Assembly (NCBI GenBank): GCA_044892525.1
Contig: CM097885.1
Span: forward strand, 138,384,001-138,448,000
Source of the DNA: Schmidtea polychroa
Lineage: Eukaryota
Direction: 5' to 3'
Length of the DNA stretch: 64,000 nt
Below are positions 59,817-64,000 of this stretch, piece by piece; position 1 is the first letter of the stretch, and each line of letters begins with the position of its first letter. Made by a program: the position numbers and the translations under genes. The notes beneath the pieces are model-generated. The model was given only the letters and a program-made list of their open reading frames with translations. It ran no database searches and was not told where the DNA came from.

Positions 59817-62800
59817 AGTTAAATCCAACTTTAAATCCATCTTTAAATTTCTCAGCAAAAATCTGTAAACCAACAATATATATTTAATCAAAGGATTTTA
59901 AAATAACAAGTTTTAATTTTTCACAAAAACCGCCAACTTCAATTATTAAAACAAAAAGATATCTAATTCTCCTCTTCTTAAGACTTTTTCCACTTCTTCG
60001 GCCACTTAATTCTTTTTTCTTTCGTTCCTTCTTGTGAATGTAGTTCGACTCGATGAGGTGATAGAAATCTGATGATTTTATATGGGCCATCGTATTGCAT
60101 ACCATCCTTGTGCCTGTTTTGTAGGCTTTTTACGTACGAGTACTTCCTCTCACGCCTCGAAAACACGCCCCTCTTTGTCTTATCCATAGCTCTCATAATG
60201 TCTGCGGCTTTACTCGAGTTAAATCTCGCGTCTTCCATTCTTTCAATTCTTGATATGTCGGCTTGTTTCAGGTTAGAGTGTAGGTTAACATCCGTCCATA
60301 AATTGTCTCAAATGGTGATAAACCTGTACACTTTATCAACTGCTATTTATAGTGAACTCTATATTCTAGGTAGAAGTTCATGCCAGTTTCTCTCTTCACA
60401 TCCACCTGCCAATGTTGCTGTAATAAGATCTCTTATCGTTCATATGGCTCGTTCGGCTAAACCATTTGATTGGTGCTGATAAGGTGAGCTGAATTACTGT
60501 TTGATTCCAAGTTTCTGAAACTTTTGTCTTAGGAAATTCCCTTCGAAATTTCGGCCTCTATCTGTTAAAATGCTCTTCGGTTTTCCAAATCGATAGATCT
60601 AACTATTAAATATCGTTTTGAAAATGTCCCTTCGTCTTGCTTTGTGATTGCAGTTAAAGAAATCAGTTTGCTAAACCGGTCCACCATTACTACCATATAT
60701 TTTTATGGCGTTTATTTTCATTTAGGACACATCTATAATAATCTTCTAAGAATTCAGAGCTATGTCTAGAAAACGGTAGTCTATTGAAGCAAAATTGTCC
60801 TTCTCTTGTACTAAATGCGGTCATTTATTGAATTTCTGGAGAATTGTCTCTGAATTGAATTGTCTCTCAAATCGTTTTCAATTTCGCGTCACTTTGTCTC
60901 TAATTTTCATTCTAATTTTGTTCTCTCTTTTTGTTCTAATTTCATGTTCACCAGTTTTCCCTTATATAGTTCGCTTCTCTTGTAGCACTCCAGATAATCA
61001 AGTGTTTTTCCACTTTCCTTCTCCTGCTTTCTCCGACTGTCCCATTTTTATCTCTGACAGCTGTCAAGTTGTTTTTTCCTTTCCCCTTTTTTGTTCGACC
61101 GCCTTCTCCCATCAATTCTAATATCACCGGCAAGCTGTTGAGATAAGGATATTGTTGTTTTCCTTTTTGCCTGATTTCAAAATTCCTTTTCCTTTTTGTA
61201 CTAATTTATTAGTACTGACCTTGATTTTTACTTTCTTGTTTGATAACTTTTATTTCCTTTCTCTTTCTCATTTTTACTTTCTTTTTACTTCCGTTTTCTT
61301 TTCTCTATAGTCTCTATAGATCGTCCCGTTTGTCATGGCGATCTTCCCCCAGGTAATTTTATTTATTTCTTTATGAATTATTATTTAGGTATCCTCAACA
61401 CTACTATCACTAACGGAGCATTCCAAGGACTCTTGCAACACCGAATAACATTTACTTTCATTAACTCTTTTATCAGATCTTCAATCCTTTTCTCCATGTG
61501 CATAGATTGACGTCGAGGATGTTGCATTATTGAGGCTCCTATTATCCACATCCAATGTCGAACTAAGTTTGTAAATCCCAGATTGAATTTCGATGCCATA
61601 AAAATTCCGTCGTATTCCTTGATCATTCCTGATCTCACCTGCCATCGCCACTAGTGCTTTATTTATTCTTTCTTCATCAGTGTAGATTTTGTTTATCATA
61701 GACGTTTCTATATTATTGATTTTCACTAACTTTACTCCAAACTCTTTCATTGTATCAATGCCCCTTATGAATTCGGGTTTAATCTCTTTTACCACTATTA
61801 CTGTGATTATTTTGGTCTTCTGATTCCATGTGGCCGGTATAGTCATGTATCCCATTGCTTCTTCACCTCCAGTTGAAAAAACTCAGCATAATAATATCAT
61901 ACTACTTTGAAGATCTGATTTGCATATTAACTCCCACGAATTCTTGGTCATGACGGTTACCGATGCTCAAGAGTCCCATAACATTTCTGTTTCGGCATTA
62001 TTCAACATGATTTTAATCCAATTTTTTCCATCTTCCACCTGGTACATCTCTTCTTCTGCCTTGTCTCTTCGTTGTTCATTTCTTATTTCACAATTTATCG
62101 TCTTGACACCACCGATGAAATGAAACCCATGGAGTTGCTGATGTTTTTTCGGTTTTCTCTCAATATAATATATTTCTCAGGGACATAGTATTTATCTTCC
62201 ATGTCGCTGTGAGCAGTTCTGAAATCCTGACTGTTCTCGGTGAATCTCTTCTTTCAGATTTTAAATCTTCTTCTATGCACGCTATCCTTTGATATCGGTG
62301 TGGAACATCTTTCCGTAACGAAAAACAATCTCGGAACTTGTGTCCTTCCTTGCCACATATCAGGCATTTATTTCCCAGTGGACACTCATACCTTCTGTGT
62401 CCTTTTTCGCCACAGCAAAAACAATCACCTACCGTTAATTTTGGGACCGATGCTTGTGCTAGTTCTCTACTTTCGTTGTACAGTCTCCTTGGTATATTCT
62501 CCATGGATATTGTTGGCAGCTTCCTTTCTGAGCTATTCGGGATTCTAGCATTGCTCAAGAATTGTTTTCTTGGAGATTGTTCTCGACGACCATGGTTATT
62601 TCCTTCGTATTGTATTGGTCCGCATATAGGATGTTCATCTCTTCTTGATCTGTGGTGACTAAATGACTCTTCTGATAGTCTTCTTTGTGGTGATGTAGGC
62701 ATGGGATCTTGGGTATTCTTTTTGAATTCTCATCTGCCCTCCCTCAGTCACGCTAGCGTATGTTTTTTGACAGATTGCTTTATTAAATTCAGTTTTATTG

Positions 62801-63478
62801 TTTCCATTTTTGTTACTTTCAGAAATTTTCGCCAATGATTTCGTTTCTTCAATTTTTGTTTCTGGTTTCGTCAATAGTATCTCCCGCAGTCTCGCATCGC
62901 CTGCTTTATTTGCGACGAGGTCTTGAACAATATCTTCTTCTGATCGTCCTGAATTTACAACTTCAGCTAAAACTTTCCTTAGGTGTATCTCAAAAGCTGC
63001 AAATCATTCATCGACTTACTGTTCCAAAGCCGCCAATTCTCTGATTTTGTCAGTTATAGATTTTGTAATTGTGAACGTATGTAAGAACCACACTTTGGCT
63101 TTCACAACTGTTGTTTCAGTTTCTCTGACGTTTCCCCACAATGTCCATTTGTCAGCAGCCATTCTTCTATATCCCTGATCCATTCTTCGGCTTTTTTTAA
63201 TCCTCATCCATCATATCGTCTGATGTTCAGTGTACGCATGTCTTGGCATGATTTCGGTAGGCATTCCATTAGCGATTGTGTCGATTTCGAAATGGCGTTG
63301 ATGTTCTGATTTTCGGCGTGGTCGCAAGTTAAATCCAACTTTAAATACATCTTTAAATTTCTCAGCAAAAATCTGTAAACCAACAATATATATTTAATCA
63401 AAGGATTTTTAAATAACAGGTTTTAATTTTTCACAAAAACCGTCAACTCCAATTATTAAAATAAAAAGATATCTAACT
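59817..63478 (-). mobile_element. Small Gypsy LTR retrotransposon, copy B (3,662 bp, older, RT/RH largely deleted)
   Basis: 152-bp LTRs (63327-63478, 59817-59968) differ at 7 sites. 5-bp TSD ACTAC. Same family as copy A. Retains 2 CCHC knuckles (ORF 62160-62702) and protease LWDS*A. Confidence 0.93.
60842..61400 (-). repeat. Unclassified repeat, copy 2, nested in the RT of Gypsy copy B
   Basis: Replaces about 175 bp of RT, between ...IVV and PEIQ, relative to copy A. Homologous to 58878-59580. Confidence 0.65.
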
Positions 63479-63639
63479 ACTACCTTAGAACGCATAATTT
63501 AATTCACCACGATGATACGTTTGCACTGTGCCAACAGGTTAAAAAAATCAAACAAAGGTGAGTTGTGTCGCCACGAATGAATAGCTTTATATTCAAAGCT
63601 TGGTTTTACCTACCGCTCCAAAGAGAAGGTCGGATCCTG

Positions 63640-63830
63640 GCGGATGAGCTTCAACCTCAAAGCGGTCATAGCATAACGGGTTTGATTTTTAAACGAATTA
63701 TTTTCTTCTGTGTTCCCATGAGGGATCATCAGTCATCACTACGCTGGTGGCCAAGGATTTGAGCACTATTATGCAGTGCTTCACGGGAATATCAGAGATA
63801 AAACCGCTCAATGATTTGATATTGGCGAGT
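63640..63830 (+). pseudogene. Possible LTR-element integrase zinc-binding remnant
   Basis: DEL...G...KRII, then H.G and RWWPRI*...CSASREYQ, frameshifted. Confidence 0.35.
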
Positions 63831-64000
63831 TATCAAACCATTTACATGTTTGTTATGTGTCAGTTGGTTATTTATGCCTCTGACTACATTTATTTTTGCT
63901 TTTTTAGTCTACCCTAAAAGACCCATTTCTGATCTGGGGTCCGTTAGGGTACTTGCACTAATAAGCACTCTGTGCCATTAGATGCAATTTTAGGTTTATT

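Noticed and set aside
1-64000. CRISPR arrays, rRNA or prokaryotic operons
   Set aside because: None seen. Spliceosomal introns and eukaryotic TEs show this is animal DNA.

Overview
AT-rich animal (metazoan) genomic DNA from a draft assembly with four N-gaps, densely packed with transposons. Two spliced host genes lie on the minus strand: PAN3 (about 19.2-36.8 kb) and ARP2/ACTR2 (53.7-57.5 kb). The main object is a young 15,082-bp Ty3/Gypsy-type LTR retroelement (137-15218). It has 1,006-bp LTRs with only 2 mismatches seen, a 4-bp TSD (AATT) and a tRNA-Trp PBS. One reading frame (1281-11759, 3,492 codons, interrupted by two in-frame stops) encodes, in order: Gag with 4 CCHC knuckles, two ubiquitin-like domains, an AT-hook, a Bcl-2-like helical domain, an internal signal peptide plus a chuvirus-G/herpes-gB-like fusion glycoprotein with TM helix, then protease, RT, RNase H, integrase, and a second signal peptide plus an FN3-like type I membrane protein. 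A separate ORF, probably expressed by splicing, encodes an ISG20/REXO4-like DEDDh exonuclease fold lacking catalytic residues. The rest of the window holds two internally deleted copies of a small Gypsy family, a Helitron, several hAT elements and MITEs with 8-bp TSDs, and Tc1/mariner, Merlin and BEL/Pao remnants. All domain calls are by-eye motif comparisons; no database search was run.
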